A stretch of 64,000 nucleotides of DNA from Arenicellales bacterium (lineage in GTDB: Bacteria; Pseudomonadota; Gammaproteobacteria; Arenicellales; Poriferihabitantaceae), in contig OY843749.1 in assembly GCA_963693025.1 (NCBI GenBank), positions 712,719-776,718 of the forward strand. The letters run 5' to 3'. The translations under genes were made by a program, and so were the position numbers. Numbering within the stretch: position 1 is the first letter of the stretch; each line of letters begins with the position of its first letter. Positions 9,179 through 20,619 of the stretch are shown piece after piece. The notes under the pieces are model-generated. The model worked only from the letters and a program-made list of their open reading frames with translations, was not told the origin of the DNA and ran no database searches.

Positions 9179-11140
9179 TCACAACCAAACAAAAAAGGTG
9201 ACGAAACAGAACAAGCCGACGATCATCGCGAAGGCGTAGTGGTAGGTGAAGCCGGTTTGGAGGTTGCGCATGATGCCGGAGCAGGCGCGCACCAGGCGGG
9301 CGGAGCCGTTGACGATGATGCCGTCTATGAGACCTGCGTCGATGCGCGTTGACAGCATGTTGCCGAGGTTGAGCGAGCCTTTGGCGAAGGCGGCTTGATA
9401 GAATTCATCGAAGCCGTATTTGTTTTGCAAGATTCGATGGAGGGGTCCCGCGGCGGCGGCGATTTTGGCGGGTAGTTGGGTGTTTTTGCAGTAGCCATAC
9501 CAGGCGAGGCCGATGCCGGCGACCGCCAGCCAGAAGGGGGCGGTGAGCACGCCGTGCAGTATCGCCGACAGGATGAGGTCGAAGCCGTGTTTGCCGTGAT
9601 GGACGGCTGCCAATTTCGCCACGACATCGTGTTGCGGGTTGACGTGGATGGCGTTGCCGAAAAACGCGCCGTTGATGACCGGCTCGAAGAACATCCAGCC
9701 GGTTATTACCGACGGAATCGCCAGCGCAACCAGGGGCCAAATCACGACGCCGGGGGATTCGTGCAGGCGCTCGCGGGTGTGTTGGTCGGAGCGGTTGCTG
9801 CCGTGGAAGGTCATGAACAGCAGCCGGAACGAGTAGAAAGCGGTGACAAACACGCCCAGCAGCACCGCGACATACGCGTAGCCCGCGCCCCACACATCGC
9901 TGTGGCGCGCCGACTCGATAATCGCGTCTTTGGAAAAGAAGCCGGCGAACGGCGGGATGCCGGCGAGCGCCAACGAGCCGACCGCGGCGGTGATGTAGGT
10001 GATGGGCATGATTGCCCTGAGCCCGCCCATTTTGCGCATGTCCTGTTCGTGGTGCATGGCGATAATCACCGAGCCGGCGGCGAGGAACAGCAGCGCCTTG
10101 AAGAAGGCGTGCGTGCCGAGGTGGAAGATGGCGATTTCATAGGCGGACGCGCCGAGCGCGACGGTCATGTAGCCCAACTGCGAGAGCGTCGAATACGCCA
10201 CCACGCGCTTGATGTCGTTCTGCACCAAGCCGACCAGCGCCATGAAAATCGCGGTGGTTGCGCCGATGACCAGCACCACCGACAGCGCCGTCTCGGACAA
10301 TTCAAAGAGCGGCGACATGCGCGCCACCATGAAGATGCCGGCGGTCACCATGGTGGCGGCGTGAATCAACGCCGAGATGGGCGTGGGTCCCTCCATGGAG
10401 TCCGGCAGCCACACGTGCAACGGCACCTGCGCCGACTTGCCCATGGCGCCGACGAACAGCAGCAGGCAGATAATCGTCATCCACTTCCACTCGCCGAACA
10501 CGCCCGCCACGGTTTGCCCGGCGGCGGCTTCGGCGCCGGCGAACACCGCGCCGTAGTCGAGCGAGCCGAACAGATACAGCACCGCGGCGATGCCGAGCAG
10601 AAAGCCGAAGTCGCCCACGCGGTTGACCAGGAAGGCTTTGAGGTTGGCGGCGATGGCGCTGTCGCGTTCATACCAGAAACCGATTAGCAGATAGGACACC
10701 AGACCGACCGCTTCCCAGCCGAAGAACAACTGCAGGAAGTTGTTCGCCATCACCAGCATCAGCATGGCGAAGGTGAACAGCGCGATGTAGCAGAAGAAGC
10801 GCTGATAGCCGGGGTCGTCCGCCATGTAGCCGATGGTGTAGATGTGCACCATGAGCGAGACGAAAGTGACCACGATCATCATCATCGCGCTCAACTCGTC
10901 GATCATAAACCCGATTCGCAACGGCACGCCGCCGCTCACCGCCCAGGCGTAGATGGTGTCGTTGAACAGGTTGCCGGCGCGCACATCGGCATACACCACC
11001 AGCGACAGCACGAAGGCGGCGCCGACCCCGGCGATGGCGACCGAATGCGCGCCGCGGCGACCGATGACTTTGCCGAACAATCCGGTGATGACGGCGGCGG
11101 CGAGGCAGATGAGCGGGATTGCCAGATAGATGTTTCTCAT
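9179..11140 (-). CDS. nuoL: NADH-quinone oxidoreductase subunit L
   Basis: [57 protein letters not shown]. Confidence 0.97.
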   Translation of the reverse strand: MRNIYLAIPLICLAAAVITGLFGKVIGRRGAHSVAIAGVGAAFVLSLVVYADVRAGNLFNDTIYAWAVSGGVPLRIGFMIDELSAMMMIVVTFVSLMVHIYTIGYMADDPGYQRFFCYIALFTFAMLMLVMANNFLQLFFGWEAVGLVSYLLIGFWYERDSAIAANLKAFLVNRVGDFGFLLGIAAVLYLFGSLDYGAVFAGAEAAAGQTVAGVFGEWKWMTIICLLLFVGAMGKSAQVPLHVWLPDSMEGPTPISALIHAATMVTAGIFMVARMSPLFELSETALSVVLVIGATTAIFMALVGLVQNDIKRVVAYSTLSQLGYMTVALGASAYEIAIFHLGTHAFFKALLFLAAGSVIIAMHHEQDMRKMGGLRAIMPITYITAAVGSLALAGIPPFAGFFSKDAIIESARHSDVWGAGYAYVAVLLGVFVTAFYSFRLLFMTFHGSNRSDQHTRERLHESPGVVIWPLVALAIPSVITGWMFFEPVINGAFFGNAIHVNPQHDVVAKLAAVHHGKHGFDLILSAILHGVLTAPFWLAVAGIGLAWYGYCKNTQLPAKIAAAAGPLHRILQNKYGFDEFYQAAFAKGSLNLGNMLSTRIDAGLIDGIIVNGSARLVRACSGIMRNLQTGFTYHYAFAMIVGLFCFVTFFVWL

Positions 11141-11442
11141 CCCTTGAGCGAGTCCAATTCTTCGACGTTGATGGTGCGGCGGCTGCGGAACAGCACGATG
11201 AGGATGGCGAGGCCGATGGCGGATTCCGCCGCCGCCACGGTCAGAATAAAAAACACGAACACCTGTCCGGCGGTGTCTTGGAGGAAGTGCGAGAAAGCCA
11301 CGAAGTTGATGTTGACCGCGAGCAGCAATAACTCGATGGACATCAGCAAGATGACGACGTTTTTGCGGTTGAGAAAAATCCCGACCACGCTGAGGGCGAA
11401 CAGGATGGCGCCCAGGGCGAGATAGTGCGAGAGCGGAATCAT
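11137..11442 (-). CDS. nuoK: NADH-quinone oxidoreductase subunit K
   Basis: [27 protein letters not shown]; 101 aa. Confidence 0.97.
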   Translation of the reverse strand: MIPLSHYLALGAILFALSVVGIFLNRKNVVILLMSIELLLLAVNINFVAFSHFLQDTAGQVFVFFILTVAAAESAIGLAILIVLFRSRRTINVEELDSLKG

Positions 11443-12080
11443 GGCGCTTCGTCCGCGCGGTTTTCGCCTTCGCCTTGGCGGGGCGACGGTTTCATTTTGA
11501 CGATGCGCAGGCGGTCATCGCGCCGCGTTCGCACTTGGTCCGCCGGGTCGATGCGCTTGCCGTCCGGGCGCGGTCGCATGGTCAGCGCGATGGCGGCGAT
11601 AATCGCCACCAGCAGAATGACCGCGGCGATTTCAAACGGATAGACATAGACGGTGTAGAGTTGCTCGCCGAGTTCGCGCGTGTTGCTGTGGCCAAGCGCC
11701 TGCGCCGGCGGGTTGGCGTATTGTTGCGGCGAAAACGAGCGCATCAATACGAGCGCGAGTTCGACCACCAGCAGCACCGCGATGACGCTGCCGACCGGCA
11801 GGTATCGGGTGAAACCGGCGCGCATTTCCGCGAGGTTGACGTCCAGCATCATCACCACAAAAAGGAACAACACCATGACCGCGCCGACATAAACCAGCAC
11901 CAGCACGATGGCGAGGAATTCCGCTTCCAGCGTAATCCACACGCACGCCGCGCTAAAAAACGCCAACACCAAAAACAACGCCGCCTTGACCGGGTTGCGA
12001 ATGGTCACCACCATGGCGGCGGCAAAAATCAGCGTTGCGCTGAAGAAGTAGAAGGCGAATTGGAGGAAGGTGATGCTCAT
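11439..12080 (-). CDS. nuoJ: NADH-quinone oxidoreductase subunit J
   Basis: [44 protein letters not shown]. Confidence 0.96.
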   Translation of the reverse strand: MSITFLQFAFYFFSATLIFAAAMVVTIRNPVKAALFLVLAFFSAACVWITLEAEFLAIVLVLVYVGAVMVLFLFVVMMLDVNLAEMRAGFTRYLPVGSVIAVLLVVELALVLMRSFSPQQYANPPAQALGHSNTRELGEQLYTVYVYPFEIAAVILLVAIIAAIALTMRPRPDGKRIDPADQVRTRRDDRLRIVKMKPSPRQGEGENRADEAP

Positions 12081-12535
12081 CCGTATACCGGGGGACCCGT
12101 ATAGGGGATATATTTTTTGGCGGGTGGTTCCGGGTAATTTCCAAGCCTTACATCTTCGTCTGACGGCATATGTTTTACGCTGAAAGGAAACCGCTCCGGG
12201 TCGCCAACATGTCCATCGAGGGCTTGTTGAAGAGTAAAGACTTCCGGGTTGCAGTGGGTTGGTAAACTGGGGATGACTTTCCGCGCTTCGGCTTCGCTGT
12301 CGTATTGGTGCGCGTAGAGTGGATGAGTCGCCCAGTGAAATCTAATGTCATTAATGTCAATCTCGTAACAATCAAGTTGAGCCATAAAATCGGGGTCGTC
12401 TTCGGGGGCAACATCGCCATCGTCACCAATATCGACACACGCTTGGTCATAAAAAGGTTTTGACATGTAATATACGCCGTTAGCGAGATCCATATCCTCG
12501 GCGTGGATAACATATTTTACGGTTGAATCAGGCAT
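12077..12535 (-). CDS. Acidic hypothetical protein (152 aa), passenger between nuoI and nuoJ
   Basis: Lower-GC ORF with a GGAG RBS upstream; its stop overlaps the nuoJ ATG (ATGA). No recognisable motif. Confidence 0.7.
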   Translation of the reverse strand: MPDSTVKYVIHAEDMDLANGVYYMSKPFYDQACVDIGDDGDVAPEDDPDFMAQLDCYEIDINDIRFHWATHPLYAHQYDSEAEARKVIPSLPTHCNPEVFTLQQALDGHVGDPERFPFSVKHMPSDEDVRLGNYPEPPAKKYIPYTGPPVYG

Positions 12536-12556
12536 GGTTTTACTCCGGTTGGTGGT

Positions 12557-13990
12557 TTATTCGTCCGGCAGGTTTGCCGATTTCAATTCTTCCTGAAACG
12601 CTTCGCCGGTGCGCGGATGCGCGAGTGGCGGCAGTTTGGGTTCTATGCCGCGAAAATACTCGTCGATGGAATACATAATCAAGCGCCTGAATTCTGTTTC
12701 ACCGCGTTTGAATGTCCCCGCTTGCAAGATGCACTTTCTCACCGCCGGCGTATCCCATTTTTTCAGCGTAATGAAAACACCCACCGCCGCCTTTCTGCTT
12801 GCGATGACGCCTGAAAAAGCCCGCAGCGAATCAATGGCGGGTTTGCCGCCTTTGACTTGGGAGATGCATAATTCCTCCTTCTTTTTGGCGCCATAAATCA
12901 GCGCGCGGCCATCGATGCCGCCGTCGCCGCGTTGCACCTTGTTCGGCGCAAAGCCGGGGATGCGCGTAACCGCCCACTTCTCAAAATCAAACGGATTGTC
13001 TTGCGCAAAATGCATTGCCCCTTTCAAGTCTTTCGGCACACCCGCCAGATTGATACGCATATCTTTCATGCGCTCACGCCGCACTACTTCGATGGCGTAA
13101 GCGGAAATATCAATGCCAATCCAGTTGCGTTTTAAGGAATGCGCCGCTTCAATGGTTGTGCCGCAACCACAAAACGGATCCAACACCAAATCGCCTGGGT
13201 TGCTGCTCGCCATGATGATTCGTTTCAGCAAAGCGAGCGGTTTTTGCGTGGGATACCCCAAGCGTTCCGCGGCCATGGCATTCAAGGCTTTCAAGTCGGT
13301 CCATACATCCATTGGCAGTTTCGTTTCTGTCGTTGCTCTGGTTGCACTCTTTTTCCCGGTACCCAGTCGCCTCAAAACTTCGGGGGTTCGTGGCGCCATG
13401 ATGTCCTCGCCATTAAATATAAATTTTTGGCTTTTGCTATAAAACAAAAGGATGTCGTGCTTTCTTGCGTAATGCTTCTTGCCCGCACCGCCGGTTTGGT
13501 AATGCCATATCACTTCATTTTTAAAATGTTTCTTCCCAAAAACCTCATCCATCAAGAGTTTCAAGTAATGCGACGCGGTCGGGTCGCAATGCAAATAGAT
13601 GCTGCCGGATTTTTTCAACAAACGGTGCATCTCGGCGATGCGCTGCGCCATATAAGATAGATACGACAACATTCCACTGCCATCGGGATAGATTTCTCTG
13701 AATGCGCGGATGGCACGATGCGCCGGGTGGTCGATAGCGTTTTCGATTAAGCGCACGCGCTGCTCCGCCGCCTCATCCCATTCCCAAGTATCGGTAAAAG
13801 CCGTCAGTTGCGCGATGTCTTCGTTGTCGCCGCCGTTGCGCTGCGTGCCGAAGATGATGTTGTAGTCCGCCTTGCTGTTGAAAGGCGGGTCGAGGTAAAT
13901 CAAATCGACGGCGTTGTCGGGCCACTCGCGCATCACCTCCAAACAATCGCCGTAATACAGCGTGTTTTTTTTCATTTCCATTTCCATCAT
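12557..13990 (-). CDS. N4/N6 DNA methyltransferase (beta-type order) with C-terminal Mrr-like domain, passenger between nuoI and nuoJ
   Basis: [14 protein letters not shown] (motif IV), [17 protein letters not shown] (motif I), and C-terminal DGGIDG...QVKGG. Start ATG 13990 (alternatives 13987/13981/13975) behind AAGGGG. Confidence 0.9.
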   Translation of the reverse strand: MMEMEMKKNTLYYGDCLEVMREWPDNAVDLIYLDPPFNSKADYNIIFGTQRNGGDNEDIAQLTAFTDTWEWDEAAEQRVRLIENAIDHPAHRAIRAFREIYPDGSGMLSYLSYMAQRIAEMHRLLKKSGSIYLHCDPTASHYLKLLMDEVFGKKHFKNEVIWHYQTGGAGKKHYARKHDILLFYSKSQKFIFNGEDIMAPRTPEVLRRLGTGKKSATRATTETKLPMDVWTDLKALNAMAAERLGYPTQKPLALLKRIIMASSNPGDLVLDPFCGCGTTIEAAHSLKRNWIGIDISAYAIEVVRRERMKDMRINLAGVPKDLKGAMHFAQDNPFDFEKWAVTRIPGFAPNKVQRGDGGIDGRALIYGAKKKEELCISQVKGGKPAIDSLRAFSGVIASRKAAVGVFITLKKWDTPAVRKCILQAGTFKRGETEFRRLIMYSIDEYFRGIEPKLPPLAHPRTGEAFQEELKSANLPDE

Positions 13991-14007
13991 GCCGTCCCCT
14001 TTTGCGC

Positions 14008-14499
14008 TCACCGATACGGCGCGTCTTGTTTGCGCGCGGCGGCTATTTCGGTTTCGTATTGGTCGCCGATTTCCAGCAGGCGTTGTTTGTCGATCCAGCG
14101 CTCGTGTTCTTCTTCCATGTGGAACTCGTGGATGTCGGTCATGACGATGGAGTCCACCGGGCAGGCTTCTTCGCAGAAGCCGCAGTAGATGCACTTGAAC
14201 AAATCAATGTCGTAGCGCGTGGTGCGGCGCGTGCCGTCGGCGCGTTCTTCGGAGTCGATGGTGATCGCCAGCGCCGGGCAGACGGCTTCGCACAGTTTGC
14301 AGGCGATGCAGCGCTCTTCGCCGTTGGGGTAGCGGCGCAACGCGTGCAGGCCGCGAAAGCGCGGCGATTTCGGCGTCTTTTCCTTTGGGTACATGATGGT
14401 GATTTTGCGGCTGAACAGCCGCCGCCCGGTGACGCGCATTCCCTTGCGCAACTCCTTGAGCGTGAAGGTTTTGTAAAGTTGTTTGATGTCGATTCCCAT
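14008..14499 (-). CDS. nuoI: NADH-quinone oxidoreductase subunit I
   Basis: Two 4Fe-4S motifs: [12 protein letters not shown] and [12 protein letters not shown]. Confidence 0.97.
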   Translation of the reverse strand: MGIDIKQLYKTFTLKELRKGMRVTGRRLFSRKITIMYPKEKTPKSPRFRGLHALRRYPNGEERCIACKLCEAVCPALAITIDSEERADGTRRTTRYDIDLFKCIYCGFCEEACPVDSIVMTDIHEFHMEEEHERWIDKQRLLEIGDQYETEIAAARKQDAPYR

Positions 14500-14545
14500 G
14501 ATAAGTCTCCGGTCCCGGTTGACAGGCGCAGCTCAGCAATCCATC

Positions 14546-15592
14546 TTACGCAAAGAACGCGCCGAACGGGGTGTAAAATTTTCCCGCGCCGATGACCGCG
14601 ATCCACACCAGCGTGATCGGAATCAACACCTTCCATCCGAGCCGCATGATTTGGTCGTAGCGGTAGCGGGGAAAGGTGGCGCGGAACCACAGAAAGAAAA
14701 AGGCGACCAGCGAGGTCTTGATGCCGAACCAAAGGAGCGGCGGAATCCAGGTGAACGGCGCGACTTCAAACGGCGGCAACCAGCCGCCGAGAAACATAAT
14801 CACGGTGAGCGCCGCAATCAGGAGCATGTTGGCGTATTCCGCGAGGAAGAACACCGCAAAAGCCATGCCGGAATATTCGACATGAAAACCGGCGACGATT
14901 TCCGACTCCCCTTCGGCGACATCGAACGGCGCGCGGTTGGTTTCCGCCACGCCGGAGATAAAATAGACCAGGAAGAGCGGCAGCAACGGCAGCCAATACC
15001 AGTGAAACAAACTGCCGGCTTGCCCGTGCACAATCTCGCGCAGGTTGAGGCTGCCGGCGACCATCAACACGCCCACGAGCGCAAAGCCCATGGCGATTTC
15101 ATACGCCACGATTTGCGCCGCCGAGCGCATCGCGCCCAAAAACGCGTATTTGGAATTGGACGCCCAGCCGGCGACGATGACGCCATACACGCCCATCGAG
15201 GTGAGCGCGAGGATATACAGCAGGCTGGCGTCTATGTCGGCGAGCACCAGCGTGTCGCTGAACGGGATGACCGCCCACGCCGCCAGCGCCGGGGTGATCG
15301 ACAACACCGGCGCGATGAGAAACAGCGCCTTGTTGGAGCGGTTGGGAATGATGATTTCCTTCATCATCAGTTTGAGCGCATCGGCGATCGGCTGCAGCCA
15401 GCCCCTCGGTCCGACCCGGTTGGGACCGACGCGAATCTGCATGTAGCCAATCAACTTGCGCTCGGCAAAGGTGAAATACGCGACGCACAACATCAGCGGC
15501 GCGAGGATTGCCACGATCTTGAGCATAATCCACAGCGTCGCCTGCAAGCCGTGCGGTAGCCATGCGGTCAGGTGAAAGAACCCCTCTCTCAT
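14546..15592 (-). CDS. nuoH: NADH-quinone oxidoreductase subunit H
   Basis: [58 protein letters not shown]. Confidence 0.97.
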   Translation of the reverse strand: MREGFFHLTAWLPHGLQATLWIMLKIVAILAPLMLCVAYFTFAERKLIGYMQIRVGPNRVGPRGWLQPIADALKLMMKEIIIPNRSNKALFLIAPVLSITPALAAWAVIPFSDTLVLADIDASLLYILALTSMGVYGVIVAGWASNSKYAFLGAMRSAAQIVAYEIAMGFALVGVLMVAGSLNLREIVHGQAGSLFHWYWLPLLPLFLVYFISGVAETNRAPFDVAEGESEIVAGFHVEYSGMAFAVFFLAEYANMLLIAALTVIMFLGGWLPPFEVAPFTWIPPLLWFGIKTSLVAFFFLWFRATFPRYRYDQIMRLGWKVLIPITLVWIAVIGAGKFYTPFGAFFA

Positions 15593-15627
15593 CGCGTCAT
15601 TGCCTCAGCGCCCTCGCCCCGCAGCCG

Positions 15628-18096
15628 TCATCGGATTTTCTCCAGCGTCACTCTGCAATGCCCGCCAAGCCGCGCGGTTTGCGCATAACCCGCCGGCACA
15701 TAAACGCAATCGCCGGGGACGCGCTCGTCCGCCCGCAACGGCAGGCTGGCGCTGCCGGCGCCGTTTTGCACCTTCACTTGGTCGCCGGCGGTCAAGCCAA
15801 GCCGGTCGATGGTGGCGCGGTTCAGATGCGCCGCGGGCGGGGGATTGTCGGCGGTTTTTTGCAGCGCCGGCGCGTGGCGCACGGTTTGGTCGCCGCGATA
15901 CATCGGCAGGTCGGGCAGGCGGAGTAGGCTGTCGCCGCCGCCGATTGGGTCGGTGTCGGTGGGAGCGATTCGCGGCGCCGGAATGCTCCATTCGCGCATG
16001 CGCGCTGAGGCGCCGCCGTCGTGGGCGTGATGGGGAATGTCGTCGTTGACGGCTTCCAGCGACACATAGTCAAACCCCGGCAGGTCGAGAAAATTGCCCA
16101 GCACGCGCAGGATTTTCCACGCCGGGCGCGACTCGCCGAGCGGTTTGGCGGCGACCTCGGCGCGCTGAACGCGCCCCTCGCAGTTGAGGAAATGCCCGGC
16201 GGATTCGGTGAACGCCGCCATCGGCAGCAACACATCGGCGCATTCCATCGCCGCGTCGCTGCGGTAGGCGGAAATCTGCACGACAAACTCAGCGCGCTTC
16301 ATCGCCTCAAACGCGGCGCGACCGTCGATGGCGTCCAGTTCGGGGTCGGTCGCCAGCAGCAGATACGCGCGGCGCGGCTGCGCCAACATCGCGGCGGCGT
16401 CGAGCCCGGCATCGGTGTCGGATAGCGCCACCCCGCCGGGTCCGCGATGCGGCAGGCAGCCCGCCCACCACGCCGCCGCGCTGTTGCCCGGCGGCAGCAC
16501 CGCGAGGCGCGCGCCGGTCGTCTCGCAAATCCACTGGGCGATTGCCTTAATCACGCCGGCGTCGCCGTGCTGCTGCGCCGGTGCGCCGATAATCACCGCG
16601 CCGTCCGCGCCCGCTTCCAGCAGGCTGCGGGCGATGCCGGGTTGGGGTTGTACGGTGGGCGCCTTGAGCCATTGCTCGATTCCGTCGGGCAACACGACAT
16701 CGGGTCTCACCGCGGCGATGTCCGACGCCACCGCCGCGAGATGCGCCACCATGTCGGCGCCGGCGGTGATGGCGGTTTCCACCTCGAAATTTTGCGCATA
16801 AGCGAGCGGGTTGATGCTGCTGATATGCGCCCCGTTTTCGCGCGTGGCGGCGCGCAGCCTGAGCGCCAGCAACGGTTGCTCCTTGCGAATGTTGGAGCCG
16901 ACCAGCAACGCGGCGCGCAGGCGGTCGAATTGCTCGATGGGCATTTCCGATGCCGGGAAAACGGGCGCCACCGCATCATCGCGGAAATCGCTTTGCTGCA
17001 AGCGGTGATCAATGTGGTTGCCGCCCAACGCCCGCACCAGTTTCTGCAGCAGGAAATACTCTTCCAGCGTTGAGGCGTAACCGGCGAGCGCGCCGAGATT
17101 GTCGCCGCCGCCGGTTTGGAGCGCCGCTTTGATGCCGTCGCAGGCGCGTTGCAACGCGACTTCCCACGCCACCTCCTTCCACTCGCCTTGCGTCTTGACC
17201 ATCGGCGCGCCCAGCCGCCGCTCGCTGTTGACCGCCTCGTAACTGTATCGGTCGCGGTCGGCGAGCCAGCATTCGTTGACGCGCGGGTTTTCATACGGCA
17301 GGACGCGCTCGACCCGCCCGCGCAGGGTTTGAATCGTGAGGTTCGCGCCGACGCAGTCATGCGGGCTGATGCCGCGGTGATTTTCCAACTCCCACGAGCG
17401 CGCGGCGAAGCGGTAGGGCTTGGAGGTCAGCGCGCCGACCGGGCACAGGTCAATCATGTTGCCGGACACTTCCGAGTCCACCGCGCGGTTCAGAAAGGTG
17501 CCGATGTACGCGTGCTCGCCGCGCCCCGGCATGCCCAGTTCCATCAGCCCCGCGACTTCCTCGCCGAAGCGTACGCAGCGGGTGCAGTGGATGCAGCGCG
17601 TCATCTCGGTGGCGATTAGCGGACCGATGTCGTGGCTCGCCACCGAGCGTTTTCGTTCCAGATAGCGCGAGTCGTCGCTGCCGTAGCCCATCGCCTGGTC
17701 CTGCAACGGGCACTCGCCGCCCTGGTCGCACACCGGGCAGTCGAGCGGATGGTTGATGAGCAAAAACTCAAGCGTGCCCTGCTGCGCTTCGCGCGCCAGT
17801 TGCGAGCGCGTGAACACCACCATGTTGTCGCTGACCGGCGTGGCGCAAGCCGGCAGCGGCTTGGGAGCCAGCCGGAGTTCATCGCGCGCGTAAGTCTTGC
17901 GCTCCCCGCCCGCCGCCGGCAGAGGCTCCGGCGCGTGCCCGACTTCCACCAAACACATGCGGCAGTTGGCGGCGATGGAGAGTTTTTCGTGATAGCAGAA
18001 ACGCGGAATATAAACGCCCGCGCGGTCGGTGGCGGCAATCAGCATTTCGCCGACTTCGGCTTCCACCAGTTGCCCGTTGACTTGCACCGTGGCCAT
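15628..18096 (-). CDS. nuoG: NADH-quinone oxidoreductase subunit G
   Basis: IPRFCYHEKLSIAANCRMCLVEV, NHPLDCPVCDQGGECPLQD, RCIHCTRCVRF. Start trimmed to ATG 18096, just after the nuoF stop. Confidence 0.96.
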   Translation of the reverse strand: MATVQVNGQLVEAEVGEMLIAATDRAGVYIPRFCYHEKLSIAANCRMCLVEVGHAPEPLPAAGGERKTYARDELRLAPKPLPACATPVSDNMVVFTRSQLAREAQQGTLEFLLINHPLDCPVCDQGGECPLQDQAMGYGSDDSRYLERKRSVASHDIGPLIATEMTRCIHCTRCVRFGEEVAGLMELGMPGRGEHAYIGTFLNRAVDSEVSGNMIDLCPVGALTSKPYRFAARSWELENHRGISPHDCVGANLTIQTLRGRVERVLPYENPRVNECWLADRDRYSYEAVNSERRLGAPMVKTQGEWKEVAWEVALQRACDGIKAALQTGGGDNLGALAGYASTLEEYFLLQKLVRALGGNHIDHRLQQSDFRDDAVAPVFPASEMPIEQFDRLRAALLVGSNIRKEQPLLALRLRAATRENGAHISSINPLAYAQNFEVETAITAGADMVAHLAAVASDIAAVRPDVVLPDGIEQWLKAPTVQPQPGIARSLLEAGADGAVIIGAPAQQHGDAGVIKAIAQWICETTGARLAVLPPGNSAAAWWAGCLPHRGPGGVALSDTDAGLDAAAMLAQPRRAYLLLATDPELDAIDGRAAFEAMKRAEFVVQISAYRSDAAMECADVLLPMAAFTESAGHFLNCEGRVQRAEVAAKPLGESRPAWKILRVLGNFLDLPGFDYVSLEAVNDDIPHHAHDGGASARMREWSIPAPRIAPTDTDPIGGGDSLLRLPDLPMYRGDQTVRHAPALQKTADNPPPAAHLNRATIDRLGLTAGDQVKVQNGAGSASLPLRADERVPGDCVYVPAGYAQTARLGGHCRVTLEKIR

Positions 18097-18097
18097 G

Positions 18098-19456
18098 TCA
18101 GGCGGCGTCGGCGGCGGTGGTTGCGGCGGCGTTGGTTGCCGCCGTAGCGGGCGCAACCTCAACCTCGGCGGCGCGGATTTTCGCTTCAAACTCATGCCGA
18201 AAATGTTTAAGAAAACTCTGCACGGGCCACGCCGCCGCGTCGCCGAGTGCGCAGATGGTGCGCCCCTCGATGCGGTTGGCGACGTCGAGCAGGGTGTCGA
18301 GGTCGCGCTCGGTTGCGCGTCCGGCGTTGATGCGGCGCAGGATGCGGAATAGCCAGCCGGTGCCTTCGCGGCACGGCGTGCACTGGCCGCAGGATTCCTC
18401 AAAGTAAAAGCGCGCGAGCCGTTCCAGCACCGCCACCATGTCGGTGGTCTCGTCCATCACGATGACCGAGCCGGCGCCGACCGCGGAGCCGTGTTGTTGC
18501 AGCGAGTCGTAGTCCATATTCGCGCGCATGATGATGTCCGCCGGCAACACCGGCACCGACGAGCCGCCCGGTATGACCGCCTTGAGTCGGCGTCCGCGCC
18601 ACACCCCGCCTGCCATTTCCAGCAGGTCGGCGAACGGCGTGCCCATTTTGACTTCGTAGTTGCCCGGCTTTTCGACATGACCCGTAACCGAGAAAATTTT
18701 CACCCCGCCGGCGTTCTCCACGCCGAGGTCGCGGAACCATTCGCCCTTCATCCAGTCGCCGTTGGCGCGCAGAATCGCCGGCACCGAGGCGAACGATTCG
18801 GTGTTGTTGATGGTGGTCGGTTTGCCATACAAACCGAAGGCCGCCGGGAACGGCGGTTTGAAGCGCGGCAAACCCTTCTTGCCTTCGAGCGATTCGAGCA
18901 GCGCGGTTTCCTCGCCGCAAATATAGGCGCCGGCGCCGAGGTGGTTGTGCAAGTCAAAATCAAAACCCGATGCGAACAAATCGGCGCCCAGCAACCCGGC
19001 GTCATACGCTTCGCGCACCGCCGCCTCCATGCGCTCATACGGCTCCCAGAACTCGCCGCGAATATAGTTGTAGCCGACCGTCGCGCCCATCACATAGCCG
19101 CCGAGCGCCATACCTTCAATCAGCGCGTGCGGGTTGTAGCGCAGAATGTCGCGGTCTTTGCAAGTGCCCGGCTCGCCCTCATCGGAATTGCACACCACAT
19201 ACTTCTGCCCCGCCGCCGCGCGCGGAATAAAATGCCACTTGATGGCCGCCGGAAACCCGGCGCCGCCGCGCCCGCGCAAGTTGGAAGTCTTGAGCGCCTC
19301 GATAATCAACGCCGGCTCAACCTGCTCGCGCAACACCTTCTCCAACGCCTCGTATCCGCCGGTTTTGCGATAGGCATCCAGCGTCCAGCAGCGGTCATGC
19401 TCGCGCGGCAGGCATACGTCGGCGCAGGCGCGGAGGGTGGCGGGCTGGTTAGTCAT
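18098..19456 (-). CDS. nuoF: NADH-quinone oxidoreductase subunit F
   Basis: LRGRGGAGFP, NSDEGEPGT, GAGAYICGEETAL, ESCGQCTPCREG, TICALGDAA. Confidence 0.97.
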   Translation of the reverse strand: MTNQPATLRACADVCLPREHDRCWTLDAYRKTGGYEALEKVLREQVEPALIIEALKTSNLRGRGGAGFPAAIKWHFIPRAAAGQKYVVCNSDEGEPGTCKDRDILRYNPHALIEGMALGGYVMGATVGYNYIRGEFWEPYERMEAAVREAYDAGLLGADLFASGFDFDLHNHLGAGAYICGEETALLESLEGKKGLPRFKPPFPAAFGLYGKPTTINNTESFASVPAILRANGDWMKGEWFRDLGVENAGGVKIFSVTGHVEKPGNYEVKMGTPFADLLEMAGGVWRGRRLKAVIPGGSSVPVLPADIIMRANMDYDSLQQHGSAVGAGSVIVMDETTDMVAVLERLARFYFEESCGQCTPCREGTGWLFRILRRINAGRATERDLDTLLDVANRIEGRTICALGDAAAWPVQSFLKHFRHEFEAKIRAAEVEVAPATAATNAAATTAADAA

Positions 19457-19458
19457 TG

Positions 19459-20619
19459 TTAATATTCAACTTGAGTAAAAACAATATCATCAGCTATGGC
19501 AAATTCAATATAGCGCAATGGCGCACATTCACCTTGGTTGTTTCCATTAAACGAATTGAATTCCGTGATTAAATTTTGATATATGTCCGTCATCTTATTT
19601 TCTATTCGCTTGGCTAATAAAACCGGTACGATATCGCTCGGCAAATTCGGCACATAATACTGTTTCACCCAGTCAATATAACGTTGAATTTGATTCAAAT
19701 TGTCAGCGCTTGCTTCTTCACACTTTAATTCGATCGGCAATATGCTACGATGGCTTTCATGTTCCACCGAAAGCATTACATCTATTCTTTGCATTCCAAC
19801 ACCACACGAAACTTCATTGCCAATCCATTCAATTTTCCCTTGCCCGGCCACTGCAGCATCTAAACTGTGATTGATGTTTCTCCCTAAATTTTGCGTGAGA
19901 TATGCTTGAAGATGCACTTCAAATTTCTGTCCGCACGCACTTTTTTCCAACATTCGAGGAAGTATATTAATACACTCCTGACGACCGGCATATTCGGGTT
20001 GTGATTCATCAATGCAAATAATTTTCTGGTTTTCCAGTTCAAAAGAAATTTTGTTTTCGCAATCCAATTCCCGTCGCTGATTTTTGTTGCGGATAAGGTG
20101 TAGCAACCGTTCGGCTTCGTACGTTGTGATCATCGTGTTTCCACGCACTCCTTTTAATTTGCGGTAAATCAAAGACCACAACATTTGACATGGTGATGAT
20201 AGGCATTTAATTTCATCCAACGCCTCCCATTCGGTCACGCCATCAGCATACACATCAAGCGGCGAAATTTGCACTCTAAAGGTCAAAGATTTTCCAAGAT
20301 CTGACGTAAGGTATTGTGCAGCATCGTAATTATCCAAAAAAGCCGAATCGCTTATGACTTCAAACACGCCAAAAAATTTCCCTTCTCGAATTCCATGCTC
20401 GAAATTTTGTTGCAAATAAAAAATAACTTGGTCGCCTTTCCGGACTCTATTTGCATCCGCAATCATTCCAACTAGGTTTCGTTCTTTTGAATAGTGAAGA
20501 GATGACTGGCGACGGTTATTAAAATCAATCGCTTCTTCTTTTGCCCCGGTGCCAGCAAACAAATACTCCAAGTGAAACTTGAAAGTGCGCCAATCAACAA
20601 TAAAAACATGCGTTGTCAT
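19459..20619 (-). CDS. Putative nuclease: EVE/PUA-like N-terminus plus PD-(D/E)XK (NucS/Mrr-like) C-terminus, passenger between nuoE and nuoF
   Basis: AT-rich. VRKGDQVIFYL...FFGVFEV resembles EVE; RIDVML...PIELK...NQIQRY is a PD-(D/E)XK signature. Start ATG 20619 overlaps the upstream MTase stop (ATGA). Confidence 0.7.
   Translation of the reverse strand: MTTHVFIVDWRTFKFHLEYLFAGTGAKEEAIDFNNRRQSSLHYSKERNLVGMIADANRVRKGDQVIFYLQQNFEHGIREGKFFGVFEVISDSAFLDNYDAAQYLTSDLGKSLTFRVQISPLDVYADGVTEWEALDEIKCLSSPCQMLWSLIYRKLKGVRGNTMITTYEAERLLHLIRNKNQRRELDCENKISFELENQKIICIDESQPEYAGRQECINILPRMLEKSACGQKFEVHLQAYLTQNLGRNINHSLDAAVAGQGKIEWIGNEVSCGVGMQRIDVMLSVEHESHRSILPIELKCEEASADNLNQIQRYIDWVKQYYVPNLPSDIVPVLLAKRIENKMTDIYQNLITEFNSFNGNNQGECAPLRYIEFAIADDIVFTQVEY

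Noticed and set aside
18096-18402. Track N-terminal extensions of nuoG (and likewise nuoN, nuoE, nuoC, nuoD, the 12557 MTase, EamA and lpoA)
   Set aside because: They overlap upstream genes in other frames; downstream starts give normal lengths and ATGA coupling.
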